A stretch of DNA of 34,141 bases from an uncultured Sandaracinus sp. (GTDB lineage: Bacteria > Myxococcota_A > Polyangia > Polyangiales > Houyiibacteriaceae): contig CAYXAP010000044.1 of assembly GCA_964462035.1 (NCBI GenBank), positions 40,871 through 75,011 of the forward strand, read 5' to 3'. The position numbers and the translations under genes were made by a program. Positions 16,526 to 25,066 of this stretch are shown here, piece by piece (position 1 is the first letter of the stretch; each line of letters begins with the position of its first letter). The notes under the pieces were generated by a model. It was not told the origin of the DNA. It worked only from the letters and a program-made list of their open reading frames with translations, and did no database searches.

Positions 16526-17681
16526 GCTCGACCCACATCGGGTAGTGGTCGGAGGTCTCGACCTCCCGGAGCACGGCGCCGTCGGTCACCGAGAAGCCCT
16601 TCGTCCACACGTAGTCGAGCCGCACCCCACGCTGGTGGGTGGCCTCGGTGTCTCCGAGCGTGTCGAAGGCGTCGGCGAAGCCCGCGGTCCGGAGCACGTC
16701 CAGCTCCGGCGCCTGCGGGTACCAGGCGTTGAAGTCGCCGGCGACGATCTGCGGCCGCTCGCACGCGCTCGCCTGGCTCGCGTCGAGCAGCTCCTTGCTC
16801 TGCACCACCCGCAGCTCACCGAGCAGATCGTTGCTCTCGAGGTGCACCGCCCACACCCGCGTGTGCGTGTTTCCGATCGGGACCTCCGCACCGAGCACCA
16901 CTCGGCTGCCGAGTCGCGGCTGGCCATCGTTCGCGAACCAGTCGTACTGCGGCGAGTGACAGAGGAGCGACGCGCCGGTCAGCGGCCGCCGGCTCACGAT
17001 CGCCTGCCCCGTGTCCCCCCCGACCGTGCGCCCGATGCTGAGCTCCACGAACTCGATCCCGTAGACGTAGGCTCCCTCGACCGCCTCCGCGAGCATCCGG
17101 GCCGCGCGCCGCACGCCATTGCGCGCGGAGCAGCGGTCGACCTCGCTGAGCAGCCACACGTCCGCGTCCGCGAGCTCGGGATCCTCGGTGAGGGTCTGCA
17201 GCTGGGCGTCGAGGTTGGCCGTGTACTCCATGTTCCAGGCGACCAGTTTGAGCGTCGTCGGCCAGGTCTCCGGGAGGACGTCGGGCAGGAACGAACCGGA
17301 CTCGGAGACCGGGATGGTGGTCGGCGCCGTTCGGGTGTCGGCGACCGGGAGGCTCATCCCGCTCTCGGGATCCTCTCGGGTCACGTCCGTGATCGTCGGG
17401 CAGACGACCATGGTCGAGTCGAGATCCGGCCAGACCCCTTCGCTGCAGTCCGCGGTTGGCGGCTCGGCATCGGGCGCCACGTCATTCGGCGCGACCTCGC
17501 CGCTGCACGACCAGTCGTACTCGTAGACCTCCGGCGGCAGGCTCGACCCCGGGTGCCCGAGATCGCGCCGCATCCCCGGACCCAGGTCGATGCCGCCGTC
17601 CACCACACCGCCGTCCTCCGTCGCGTCGTCGTCACCACAGCCGAGGGACAGGAAGAGGACCCCGAGAAGCCAAGCCCGCAT
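16512..17681 (-). CDS. Endonuclease/exonuclease/phosphatase (EEP) family lipoprotein
   Basis: Signal peptide plus lipobox MRAWLLGVLFLSLGCGDD. The C-terminal domain carries EEP-like motifs ...LKLVAWNMEY...VWLLSEVDR...IVAGDFNAW...TSDHYPMWVELT. Confidence 0.7.
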   Translation of the reverse strand: MRAWLLGVLFLSLGCGDDDATEDGGVVDGGIDLGPGMRRDLGHPGSSLPPEVYEYDWSCSGEVAPNDVAPDAEPPTADCSEGVWPDLDSTMVVCPTITDVTREDPESGMSLPVADTRTAPTTIPVSESGSFLPDVLPETWPTTLKLVAWNMEYTANLDAQLQTLTEDPELADADVWLLSEVDRCSARNGVRRAARMLAEAVEGAYVYGIEFVELSIGRTVGGDTGQAIVSRRPLTGASLLCHSPQYDWFANDGQPRLGSRVVLGAEVPIGNTHTRVWAVHLESNDLLGELRVVQSKELLDASQASACERPQIVAGDFNAWYPQAPELDVLRTAGFADAFDTLGDTEATHQRGVRLDYVWTKGFSVTDGAVLREVETSDHYPMWVELTME

Positions 17682-17748
17682 GGGCGGAAGCTTCGCTCAC
17701 CCCGCGGTCGTAGCCAAGGATTGCAGGGAGCAGGCTATCCTCTCGGCG

Positions 17749-18651
17749 ATGGCTGGCCCCGACGCAGCGCTCCTTTCGGATCTCGACTCGCTCGAGCTCG
17801 TGCACGAGACCGGCCCGGAGCACGATGGGGTGCGCCTGCACTACGTCAGCGTCGGTCGCGGGCCGCTCGTGGTCTTGCTCCACGGCTTCCCGGAGTACTG
17901 GGGCGGCTGGCACGCGCAGATCGTTCGCCTGGTCGAGGCTGGCTTCCGCGTGGTGGCCCCCGACCTCCGCGGCTACGGCCAGAGCGACAAGCCCGAGCCC
18001 GTCGAGGCGTACTACCTCGAGCGTCTGGCCGACGACGTCGGCGCGCTCCTCGAACACCTCGACGCCGGACCCGCCGTCGTGGTCGGTCACGACTGGGGCG
18101 GCGCCGTCGCGTGGATGCACGCCATGCGACACCCGGCGCAGGTGAAGCGGCTGGCGATCCTCAACATGCCGCACCCCGCGGTGTTCGCGGCCGCATGGAG
18201 CACCTTCCGGCAGAAGCTGAAGTCCTTCTACTTCTACTTCTTCCGCATGCGGACCCTCGCGGCGTTCATGTTCCGGCGCTTCCGCGCGTTCGGTCAGCGC
18301 TTCATGCTCTACTTCTTCAGCCGTCGCGCGGCGACGTGGCGCGCCTTCGACCACTACGGCGACGAAGGGCTCCGCCCGGGCGCGATGAAGGCGATGATGA
18401 GCTGGTACACCGCGCTGCTCGCGCGCGACCCGGACACCATGGTCCAGCTGGTCCGTCCCCTGCGCCTCCCGATCCTCGTGCTCTGGGGCGACGAAGACCC
18501 GGCGTTCGGCGAGAAGCTCGCCGACCCTGGTGACCAGGTCGACCGCGATCGCCTCGAGGTGCGCTATCTCCGCGGCGCCGGCCACTTCATCCACCTCGAG
18601 CGCGCGGACGAGGTCTCCGAAGCTCTCGCCGAGTTCGCGCGCGACGGCTGA
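17749..18651 (+). CDS. Alpha/beta-fold hydrolase (epoxide hydrolase / haloalkane dehalogenase-like)
   Basis: ...VRLHYVSVGRGPLVVLLHGFPEYWGGWHAQIVRLVEAGFRVVAPDLRGYGQSDKP...VVGHDWGGAVAW... carries the nucleophile Asp in the HDWGG motif, and ...GAGHFIHLE carries the catalytic His. An upstream in-frame ATG at 17680 was rejected because the 23 intervening codons are GC3-poor. Confidence 0.8.
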   Translation: MAGPDAALLSDLDSLELVHETGPEHDGVRLHYVSVGRGPLVVLLHGFPEYWGGWHAQIVRLVEAGFRVVAPDLRGYGQSDKPEPVEAYYLERLADDVGALLEHLDAGPAVVVGHDWGGAVAWMHAMRHPAQVKRLAILNMPHPAVFAAAWSTFRQKLKSFYFYFFRMRTLAAFMFRRFRAFGQRFMLYFFSRRAATWRAFDHYGDEGLRPGAMKAMMSWYTALLARDPDTMVQLVRPLRLPILVLWGDEDPAFGEKLADPGDQVDRDRLEVRYLRGAGHFIHLERADEVSEALAEFARDG

Positions 18652-18677
18652 CCACACCCAGCTGGTACAACCGAGTC

Positions 18678-20549
18678 ATGCCCACCGAGGCCCCGCCATT
18701 GCCCGTGCTGCGTTCGCTCGCGCTCACGACCCGAGCGCTTGAGCTGGAGCTCGACCCGGCCGACCTGCACCTCGGCGTGGAGCTCGGGGCGCTGGTCGCC
18801 GAGGCGGACCGTGAGGCGTTGGTGGGCCTGGTGACCGCGCTGCGGCTCGCCGAGCGGGAGGGCTCGTCGCGCCTCCCGCTCACCGGCGCCGACTTCGACC
18901 GGTTCGCCGATCCGCTCGCGCTCGAGCCGAACACCCGTGCGCTCGCCTCGGCCCTCGCCGCGGACCCGGAGCGGCTCGCGCCCGTGACCGGCGATCCGAG
19001 CGCGTTTCGCCCGCTTCTGGTCGCCGAGGGGTGCCTCTATCCCCAGCGGATGCACGCCCTCGAGGTGCGCCTCGGACAGCGCCTGGCCGAACGCGCCCGA
19101 GCGCCGGGCGTCGACGCTGCGCGGGTCGACGCTGCACTCACCGCCGTCCTCGCGCGACCGCCGATCCTCGCCGGCCGGCCGATGCTCCTCTCCGAAGAGC
19201 AGCAAGGGGCCGTGCGCGCGGCCTGCACCCGTGGCTTCACGCTGGTCACCGGCGGTCCGGGAACCGGCAAGACCTCGATCCTGGTGTCCATCCTTCGCAC
19301 CCTGGTTCGCGTCGGCGTGGACCCGGCGTCGATCGCGCTGGCTGCCCCGACCGGCAAGGCCGCCGATCGCATGCGTGGTGCCACCGAGATCGCGCTCGGT
19401 CGCATCGCCGATCGCACCCCCGAGGACGAGGCGCTGCTCGCGTCGCTGCCAGGTGCCCAGACCCTCCACCGCCTGCTCGGTTTCTCACCCCGCGACGAGA
19501 GCTTTCGACACCACGAGGACGACCCGGTCGCCGCATCGGTCGTGGTCGTCGACGAGAGCTCGATGATCGATCTCGGCCTCGCGGACCGCCTGGCCCGCGC
19601 GCTCCCCGAGGGTGCCCAGCTCATCCTGGTCGGCGACGCCCACCAGCTGCCCTCGGTCGAAGCCGGCGCGGTCTTTCGCGATCTCTGCGCCGCCGCCGAA
19701 GGCGTGGGCGCCGCGGTCGAGCTGACCCACAGCTACCGCATGGACGCCGGCGACCCCGACGGACGCGCCGTGCTGGAAGCTGCGCGCGCGGTCGATCGCG
19801 GCGACACGGCCACCTTGCTCGCGGTGCCGACCAAGGGCGCCGCGGAGCTGACCTTCGCCGGCTTCGAACGCGCCGGCGCGACCGAGCTCGAACCCTTCCT
19901 CGAGCGCTGGTGGGAGCGTTTCGCGGCGCCGCTCCTGGTCGGCGCCGAGGCGCCTCTCGAGGCCGAGCGTGGGCGGCTCCTCGGCGAGTCGGAAGCGGCG
20001 GCCATCGCGCGCTTCGACCGCATGGAGCAAGCCCGGCTGCTCTCGCCGACCCGCGCGCGTCGGCAGGGCGTGACCGCCCTCAACGAGGCGCTCCACGCTC
20101 GAGCGGCCGCCGAGCGCGGCCTCGAAGGGGGGCGCGTTCTCGCGTTCGGCGAGCCGCTGCTGGTCACTCGCAACGACTACGAGCGGAACCTCTTCAACGG
20201 CGACCAGGGGCTCGTGCTCCCGGTGCGTACCGAGCGTGGCGTTCGTCCTTCGGCGGTCTTCCGTACTCGCGATGGCGTGACCGCCTACCCGCTCGATGCG
20301 GTCCGTTCGCTCACCGAGCTCGCGTGGGCGGTCACCGTCCACAAGGCCCAGGGCTCGGAGTACGACGTCGTCGCGTTGGTGCTGCCGGCCGAGCCCATGC
20401 CGCTGACGACCCGCGAGCTCGTCTACACCGCGCTGACCCGAGCGCGCAGCGGTGCGCTGGTCCTCGGCTCGGCCGCCGTGCTCCGCGTGGCGGTGGAGAG
20501 CCGCGCCGAGCGCTTCAGCGGTCTCGAAGCCCGCTTCAGCGGCGGCTGA
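18678..20549 (+). CDS. recD: RecD-like superfamily-1 helicase (exodeoxyribonuclease V alpha-subunit type)
   Basis: Walker A is TLVTGGPGTGKTS. Motif II/III region is VVVVDESSMIDL...LILVGDAHQLPSVEAGAVFRDL. The C-terminal AVTVHKAQGSEYDVVALVL is the RecD signature. The N-terminal domain resembles the RecD1 N-terminus. Confidence 0.8.
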   Translation: MPTEAPPLPVLRSLALTTRALELELDPADLHLGVELGALVAEADREALVGLVTALRLAEREGSSRLPLTGADFDRFADPLALEPNTRALASALAADPERLAPVTGDPSAFRPLLVAEGCLYPQRMHALEVRLGQRLAERARAPGVDAARVDAALTAVLARPPILAGRPMLLSEEQQGAVRAACTRGFTLVTGGPGTGKTSILVSILRTLVRVGVDPASIALAAPTGKAADRMRGATEIALGRIADRTPEDEALLASLPGAQTLHRLLGFSPRDESFRHHEDDPVAASVVVVDESSMIDLGLADRLARALPEGAQLILVGDAHQLPSVEAGAVFRDLCAAAEGVGAAVELTHSYRMDAGDPDGRAVLEAARAVDRGDTATLLAVPTKGAAELTFAGFERAGATELEPFLERWWERFAAPLLVGAEAPLEAERGRLLGESEAAAIARFDRMEQARLLSPTRARRQGVTALNEALHARAAAERGLEGGRVLAFGEPLLVTRNDYERNLFNGDQGLVLPVRTERGVRPSAVFRTRDGVTAYPLDAVRSLTELAWAVTVHKAQGSEYDVVALVLPAEPMPLTTRELVYTALTRARSGALVLGSAAVLRVAVESRAERFSGLEARFSGG

Positions 20550-20798
20550 CCCGCAAGCCCTCGTATCGAGCTCCTGCCTCTCAGGTCGAGCCGTCCACCG
20601 CTCGATGGCCCGGGCACTCCCAGACGGGCAGCGGCGGGTACTTCGGCAGCATCCCCAACCGCACCATCGGCGACCGGCAGAGCCAGAACGTCGACCCCTT
20701 CGCGCTCACCACCGTCTTGGCGTGAGCACACGTCGCGCAGAGTCCGACCGAGTCCCGTCGATGCACCCTCCCGCGATACCGCGTGCCGCCTTCGCTCG

Positions 20799-21791
20799 CT
20801 AGCTCTGCGTCTTCTCGCGCTGGAGGATCGTCGCCTCCGCCTGGCGCATCAGGTCCCGCGCGCCGCGGGCGATCAGCCCCTCGGCGACTTCGAGGCCGGC
20901 CTTCTTCGCCTCCGCGATCTTCCCTTCGTGGTCGCGACTGTCGAAGAAGACATCGCAGCTCGCGGTGAGGATCTTGGTCCCGTCGATGTCGCCGACCATG
21001 CCGCGCATCCGGAGCCGGTGGCCGTCGTCGAGGAGCTGCGCGTGGCCGGCGATGGGCACGCGGCAGCTGCCTTCGAGCGCCTCGAGCATCGCTCGTTCGG
21101 CCTCGGTCACCAGTCGCGTCGGCGCGTGTTCGAGACACGTCACCAGCTCGAGGATCGCCGGGTCGCTGACCGAGCCCTCGATCGCCAGCGTGCCCTGACC
21201 CACGGCGGGCAAGCAGGTCTCCGCTCCGAGGAGCTGGTGCTTCCAATCCTTCAGGTAACCGAGCCGCTTCATGCCCGCCGCGGCGAGCACGATCGCGTCG
21301 TACTGACCCTCGTCCAGCTTCCGAAGCCGGGTCTCCACGTTCCCGCGCAGCGTCACATAGGCCAGGTCCGGGCGGTGGGCGCCGAGCTGCGCGGCGCGGC
21401 GCAGACTGGTCGTGCCGACGCGCGCGCCGGCGGTCAGCCCCATCAGCTCGGTGCCGTCCTTGGTGATGAGGACGTCACGCGGATCGCTCCGCTCCGGGTA
21501 GGCGATCATGCCGAGCCCTTCGGCGGGCTCCTGATCGCCGGGGACGTCCTTGAGCGAGTGCACCGCCAGGTCGGCGTCGCCCTCGGCCACGAGGCGCTCG
21601 ACCTCGCTCACGAAGAGCGCCTTGCCGCCCACCGTGTAGAGCGGCTTGTCCTGGACCCGATCGCCCCGGGTGACCACCTCGACCTCTTCCACCTCGAGAC
21701 CGGGGTGGGCCGCCTTCAGCTTCGCCGCCACGTGGCGCGTCTGCCAGAGCGCGAGGTTGCTGGCGCGAGTCGCGATTCGGACCTTCTTCAT
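20799..21791 (-). CDS. hemC: Porphobilinogen deaminase (hydroxymethylbilane synthase)
   Basis: MKKVRIATRASNLALWQTRHVAAKLKAAHPGLEVEEVEVVTRGD...GGKALFVSEVE...AVHSLKDVP... including the dipyrromethane-cofactor Cys region ...EGSCRVPIAG. The ORF-track entry 20799..23378 is an artefactual fusion with out-of-frame hemA sequence. Confidence 0.9.
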   Translation of the reverse strand: MKKVRIATRASNLALWQTRHVAAKLKAAHPGLEVEEVEVVTRGDRVQDKPLYTVGGKALFVSEVERLVAEGDADLAVHSLKDVPGDQEPAEGLGMIAYPERSDPRDVLITKDGTELMGLTAGARVGTTSLRRAAQLGAHRPDLAYVTLRGNVETRLRKLDEGQYDAIVLAAAGMKRLGYLKDWKHQLLGAETCLPAVGQGTLAIEGSVSDPAILELVTCLEHAPTRLVTEAERAMLEALEGSCRVPIAGHAQLLDDGHRLRMRGMVGDIDGTKILTASCDVFFDSRDHEGKIAEAKKAGLEVAEGLIARGARDLMRQAEATILQREKTQS

Positions 21792-21835
21792 GGGGCGGGA
21801 GCCTAACTCATTCGCCGCCCGGGTCGCGTGCGAGC

Positions 21836-23167
21836 TCAGCTTTCGTCCGGAACCAACTTGCCGGACCCGGGCGCTCGCTCCGGAGCCGGCGGATACTCCG
21901 AGGGCTTCTCGAGGTCGAAGAGCGCTCGGGTCGCGGCGATCATCGCGGCATTCTCCGGATCGCCGGCGGACTTCTTCAACGCCGCGAGTGGCTGGTGGAG
22001 GATCTTCTTCACGACCGCGTCGCCCATTCGCTCGAGCGCCTGCCGGTCCTTGTCGTTCAGGTCCATCTTCTTCGCGGAGCGCGCGATCTCTCCGTGCACC
22101 ACTTCGGCGAAGCGCTCGCGGAGCGCCACGATCGTCGGCGTCAGGTCCAGGGTCCGGCGCCATGCCTCGATCTCCGCGACCTCGATGTCGACGATCCGCT
22201 CCGCGGCCAAGGCCGCCTGCCGGCGTTGGGCGAGGTTCTCCTGCGCGACCTCCTGCAGGTCGTCGACGTCGAAGAGGAAGACGCTCTGCATCGAGCCGAC
22301 GCGCGGGTCCACGTCGCGGGGCACGGCGATGTCGATCAGGAAGATCGGACGATGGCGCCGACCGCGGAGCACGTCCTTCATCAGCTCGGTGGTGAGCACG
22401 AAGCGGTCGCTGCTGGTCGAGCTGATCACGACGTCCGCCTGGACCATCTCGCTCGCGAGCTGCTCGTAGCCACGCGGCTCGCCGCCGCACTCGGCCGCCA
22501 CCTTGCGCGCCTTCTCCGGGGACCGGTTCACCACGCGGAGCACCGCGCCCGTGTTGGCCAGGCTCCGCGCGGCGGCTTCGCCCATCTCGCCGGCGCCGAG
22601 CAGCAGGACCTTCCGGCCCTTGAGCTCGCCGAAGATCTTCTTCGCCAGCTGGCTGGCGATGGAGCTGACGCTGACCGTACCTTCGGCGATGCCGGTCTCG
22701 GTCCGGACCCGCTTGGCGACCGCGAACGAGCGACTGAAGCAACGCCCGAGCAGGCTGCCCATCGTGCCGGCGGCCTTCGCGGCGTCGAACGCTTCCTTCA
22801 CCTGGCCGAGGATCTGCGGCTCGCCGACCACCATCGAGTCCAGGCTCGACGCGACGCGAAAGAGGTGACGGATCGCCGCCTCGCCGCCGTGGATGTAGAG
22901 CGACGCTTCCAGGCTCGCGCGCTCCTCGTCCGAGAGGTGCGCCTCGAGCAGCGCACGGGCGCGTTGCTCGGCCGAGAGGGTGTCGTCGGTGGTCGCGTAG
23001 AGCTCCACTCGGTTGCAGGTGCTGATCACCACGCCCTCGCCGGCGACTCCCTCGCTCCAGCGCTTGAGCAGCTCCTCTCGCGCCTCGCCATCGACGGCGA
23101 GCTTCTCGCGCAGCTCGAGCGGCGCCGTGTGGTGCGAGAGCCCGACGAGGACCAGGTCCTTCGCCAT
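21836..23167 (-). CDS. hemA: Glutamyl-tRNA reductase
   Basis: MAKDLVLVGLSHHTAPLELREKLAV...VVISTCNRVELYA (catalytic Cys) ...LLGAGEMGEAAARSL (NADPH Rossmann). The first 48 codons of the listed ORF are an upstream extension. Confidence 0.9.
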   Translation of the reverse strand: MAKDLVLVGLSHHTAPLELREKLAVDGEAREELLKRWSEGVAGEGVVISTCNRVELYATTDDTLSAEQRARALLEAHLSDEERASLEASLYIHGGEAAIRHLFRVASSLDSMVVGEPQILGQVKEAFDAAKAAGTMGSLLGRCFSRSFAVAKRVRTETGIAEGTVSVSSIASQLAKKIFGELKGRKVLLLGAGEMGEAAARSLANTGAVLRVVNRSPEKARKVAAECGGEPRGYEQLASEMVQADVVISSTSSDRFVLTTELMKDVLRGRRHRPIFLIDIAVPRDVDPRVGSMQSVFLFDVDDLQEVAQENLAQRRQAALAAERIVDIEVAEIEAWRRTLDLTPTIVALRERFAEVVHGEIARSAKKMDLNDKDRQALERMGDAVVKKILHQPLAALKKSAGDPENAAMIAATRALFDLEKPSEYPPAPERAPGSGKLVPDES

Positions 23168-23973
23168 CAGGAGACCCCCGTGTCGCGCACGACGTAGCCG
23201 ACGAGGACGCCGAGCGCGCAGAGGAAGCCCATGATGGTGCCGATGGCGGCGCGGCGACCGCGCCAGCCGGCGGCGATCCGGAGCAGGAGGACTCCGGCGA
23301 AGAGCACCCAAGCCGCCAGCGCGAAGCCGTGCATCGGGGAGATGTCGAAGCTCTCGACCGGGTCGACCCAGAACACACCGGTCACGATGCCGATGGTCAG
23401 GAGTGGGAAGCCGAAGGACACCGATCGGAGTCCGAAGCTGTCGAGCACGTCGAGCGGCGGCAAGCGCTGGAAGATCCCGCCGAGCTTCTTCCGTCGGAGC
23501 ATGCGCTCCTGGATGACGTAGGCGGTCGCCGCGCCGAACGCGAGCGCGAAGGCGACGATACCGAGGGCGTTGACGCCGATGTGAACCGGCAGCAGCGCCG
23601 AGCGCACCGAGGTCGGGACGGCGTCGACGCTTCGTCCGACGCCCGCGCCCATCAGGAAGAGCAGGGCGACCGGGGTCAGGAAGGCGCCGAGGATGTCGAT
23701 GCCCTTGCCCCGCAGCCGGGCGAGCAGGAACGCCAGCACGATCCCGAGCGAGAGGAAGGTGAGAGTCTGCGCGATGCCCTGCATCGGGGTCGTGTGCCCG
23801 AGGGTGTCCACCGCCAGGTAGGCGATGTGGAGCGTCGCGGCCGTCATGAGCACCGGCGCGGCGAAGCGCCCAGACCCCTCGGCCCCGCGGACCAGGGAGA
23901 CCAGATAGAGCGCCGCGGCGAGCGTGTAGGCGATCGCCGTTCCGAGGAAGAGTGCGCCGACCCAGGTGGCCAT
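23167..23973 (-). CDS. Cytochrome c assembly protein family (CcsA/HemX-like) integral membrane protein
   Basis: Start at MATWVGALFLGTAIAYTL.... About 8 hydrophobic helices. The C-terminal ...FALAAWVLFAGVLLLRIAAGWRG... matches the Trp-rich CcsA-family region. Its position directly upstream of hemA parallels Bacillus hemAXC. Confidence 0.65.
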   Translation of the reverse strand: MATWVGALFLGTAIAYTLAAALYLVSLVRGAEGSGRFAAPVLMTAATLHIAYLAVDTLGHTTPMQGIAQTLTFLSLGIVLAFLLARLRGKGIDILGAFLTPVALLFLMGAGVGRSVDAVPTSVRSALLPVHIGVNALGIVAFALAFGAATAYVIQERMLRRKKLGGIFQRLPPLDVLDSFGLRSVSFGFPLLTIGIVTGVFWVDPVESFDISPMHGFALAAWVLFAGVLLLRIAAGWRGRRAAIGTIMGFLCALGVLVGYVVRDTGVS

Positions 23974-23980
23974 CTCGCCC

Positions 23981-24406
23981 TCAGCCCTTGCCGGGCAGCT
24001 GGTCCAGGAAGAACTGCGCCAGCAGGTCGATCTCGGTGGACTCGGCCTTCTCGCCGAGCGCGGCCCCCATCGCGGAGGCCATGTCGGTCCCCGAGCCATC
24101 GGCGGCGGGCTCCACCGGCTCGCCGAGGAATCCCTCGACGACCGTGTAGGCGTTGTCGCCCAGGAGCACGGAGTCCGAGACGTGCTCACCGCCCAGCTGG
24201 GAGAGGGTCTCGAGATCCTTCACCCGGCCGATCAGCTCGTGGGGATCGCCCTCACCGGTGAGCTCTTCGGTGAAACAGACCGCGCTGAGCAGCTTGAAGC
24301 GCTGGTTCCCGTCCAGCGTCATCACGTCGCCTTCGACCGACACCTGCTCCTCGACCATCCAGCGGTCGAGCACGTCCTGCGATACGAAGAGGCGGTGGGC
24401 GTTCAT
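23981..24406 (-). CDS. Hypothetical cytoplasmic protein (141 aa), first gene of the hemA operon
   Basis: Strong GC3 codon bias throughout. There is an 8-nt gap to the ccsA-like gene. No motif recognised (MNAHRLFVSQDVLDRWMVEEQVSVEGDVMTLDGNQRFKLL...). Confidence 0.5.
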   Translation of the reverse strand: MNAHRLFVSQDVLDRWMVEEQVSVEGDVMTLDGNQRFKLLSAVCFTEELTGEGDPHELIGRVKDLETLSQLGGEHVSDSVLLGDNAYTVVEGFLGEPVEPAADGSGTDMASAMGAALGEKAESTEIDLLAQFFLDQLPGKG

Positions 24407-24555
24407 GGTCAGGTGTCTGAAATCGTTGGGGGTTCACCAGCTGCCGGCCATGGATCGAAGAGCCCCGGCGGCAGGCGCCGAGGATACCACGCAGACCCCG
24501 CCCGCGCAGCCGACGCGACCGACCCCCGTTGGGTCTCAGGAGTAACTACGGCCCG

Positions 24556-24584
24556 TTGACAGCGTCTTGAAGGGCATCTACCTA
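24556..24584 (+). promoter_or_regulatory. Candidate sigma-70-type promoter for trxA: a perfect -35 TTGACA, a 17-nt spacer, then a weak -10 TACCTA
   Basis: TTGACA at 24556-24561 is conspicuous in a 70% GC genome. It lies about 45 nt upstream of the SD GGAGG (24618-24622). Confidence 0.3.
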
Positions 24585-24627
24585 ACGATATCGCCCGATG
24601 GACGGGCAGCATCATTTGGAGGTGCGC

Positions 24628-24954
24628 GTGGGACAGAACGTACGAACCGTGAACGATCTCAACTTCGACGACGAGGTGCTCCAGTCGGATGTGCCGGTGC
24701 TCGTCGATTTCACGGCGACCTGGTGTGGGCCGTGTAAGCAGATCGCTCCGTTCGTCGACCAGCTCGCCGACGAATACGAGGGCAAGGCCAAGGTCGTGAA
24801 GGTCGACGTGGACGAGAGCCCCGGCACCGCCGCCAAGTGCGGTGTCCGCGCGATGCCCACGCTCAAGGTCTTCAAGGGCGGCGAGGTCGTCGCCGAGCAC
24901 GTCGGCGCCATCCCGAAGGCCAAGATCGAAGAGCTCCTCGGCCGCGCCATGTAG
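24628..24954 (+). CDS. trxA: Thioredoxin
   Basis: ...VLVDFTATWCGPCKQIAPFVDQLADEY...CGVRAMPTLKVFKGGEVV... contains the WCGPC active site. The preferred start is the GTG at 24628, 5 nt after GGAGG, giving 108 aa. The ATG at 24598 lies upstream of the SD. Confidence 0.85.
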   Translation: MGQNVRTVNDLNFDDEVLQSDVPVLVDFTATWCGPCKQIAPFVDQLADEYEGKAKVVKVDVDESPGTAAKCGVRAMPTLKVFKGGEVVAEHVGAIPKAKIEELLGRAM

Positions 24955-25066
24955 GCCCTGGTCGCGCAGCGACCACCCGTGTCCGTGCGCGTGCCCTTGC
25001 TCGTGCCCGAAACCCACGGATGAGAGAGGATCGTCGACACCGGCGGTCCTCTCTTCAATTCGGCTA

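Noticed and set aside
17680-17748. Upstream in-frame ATG for the alpha/beta hydrolase, overlapping the EEP lipoprotein ATG on the opposite strand
   Set aside because: The 23 extra codons are rich in non-GC3 codons (gga, gct, gta, gat, agg). The ATG at 17749 gives the canonical N-terminus for this hydrolase family.
16383-18533. 716-aa plus-strand ORF
   Set aside because: It overlaps the EEP lipoprotein gene (opposite strand) and the alpha/beta hydrolase (wrong frame). Its translation is Arg/Pro-rich low-complexity with no domain. It is an artefact of GC bias.
19031-20725. 564-aa alternative-frame ORF inside recD, and the similar 6190..7326 / 6642..7757 ORFs inside pbpC
   Set aside because: These are out-of-frame or antisense overlaps of strongly supported genes. 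Their translations are Arg/Pro-rich with no motifs.
20799-23378. 859-aa minus-strand ORF
   Set aside because: Only its C-terminal 330 codons (hemC) are genuine. Upstream it continues without a stop through the hemA region in the wrong frame, where it reads Arg/Gly/Pro-rich nonsense. hemA occupies its own frame with classic motifs.
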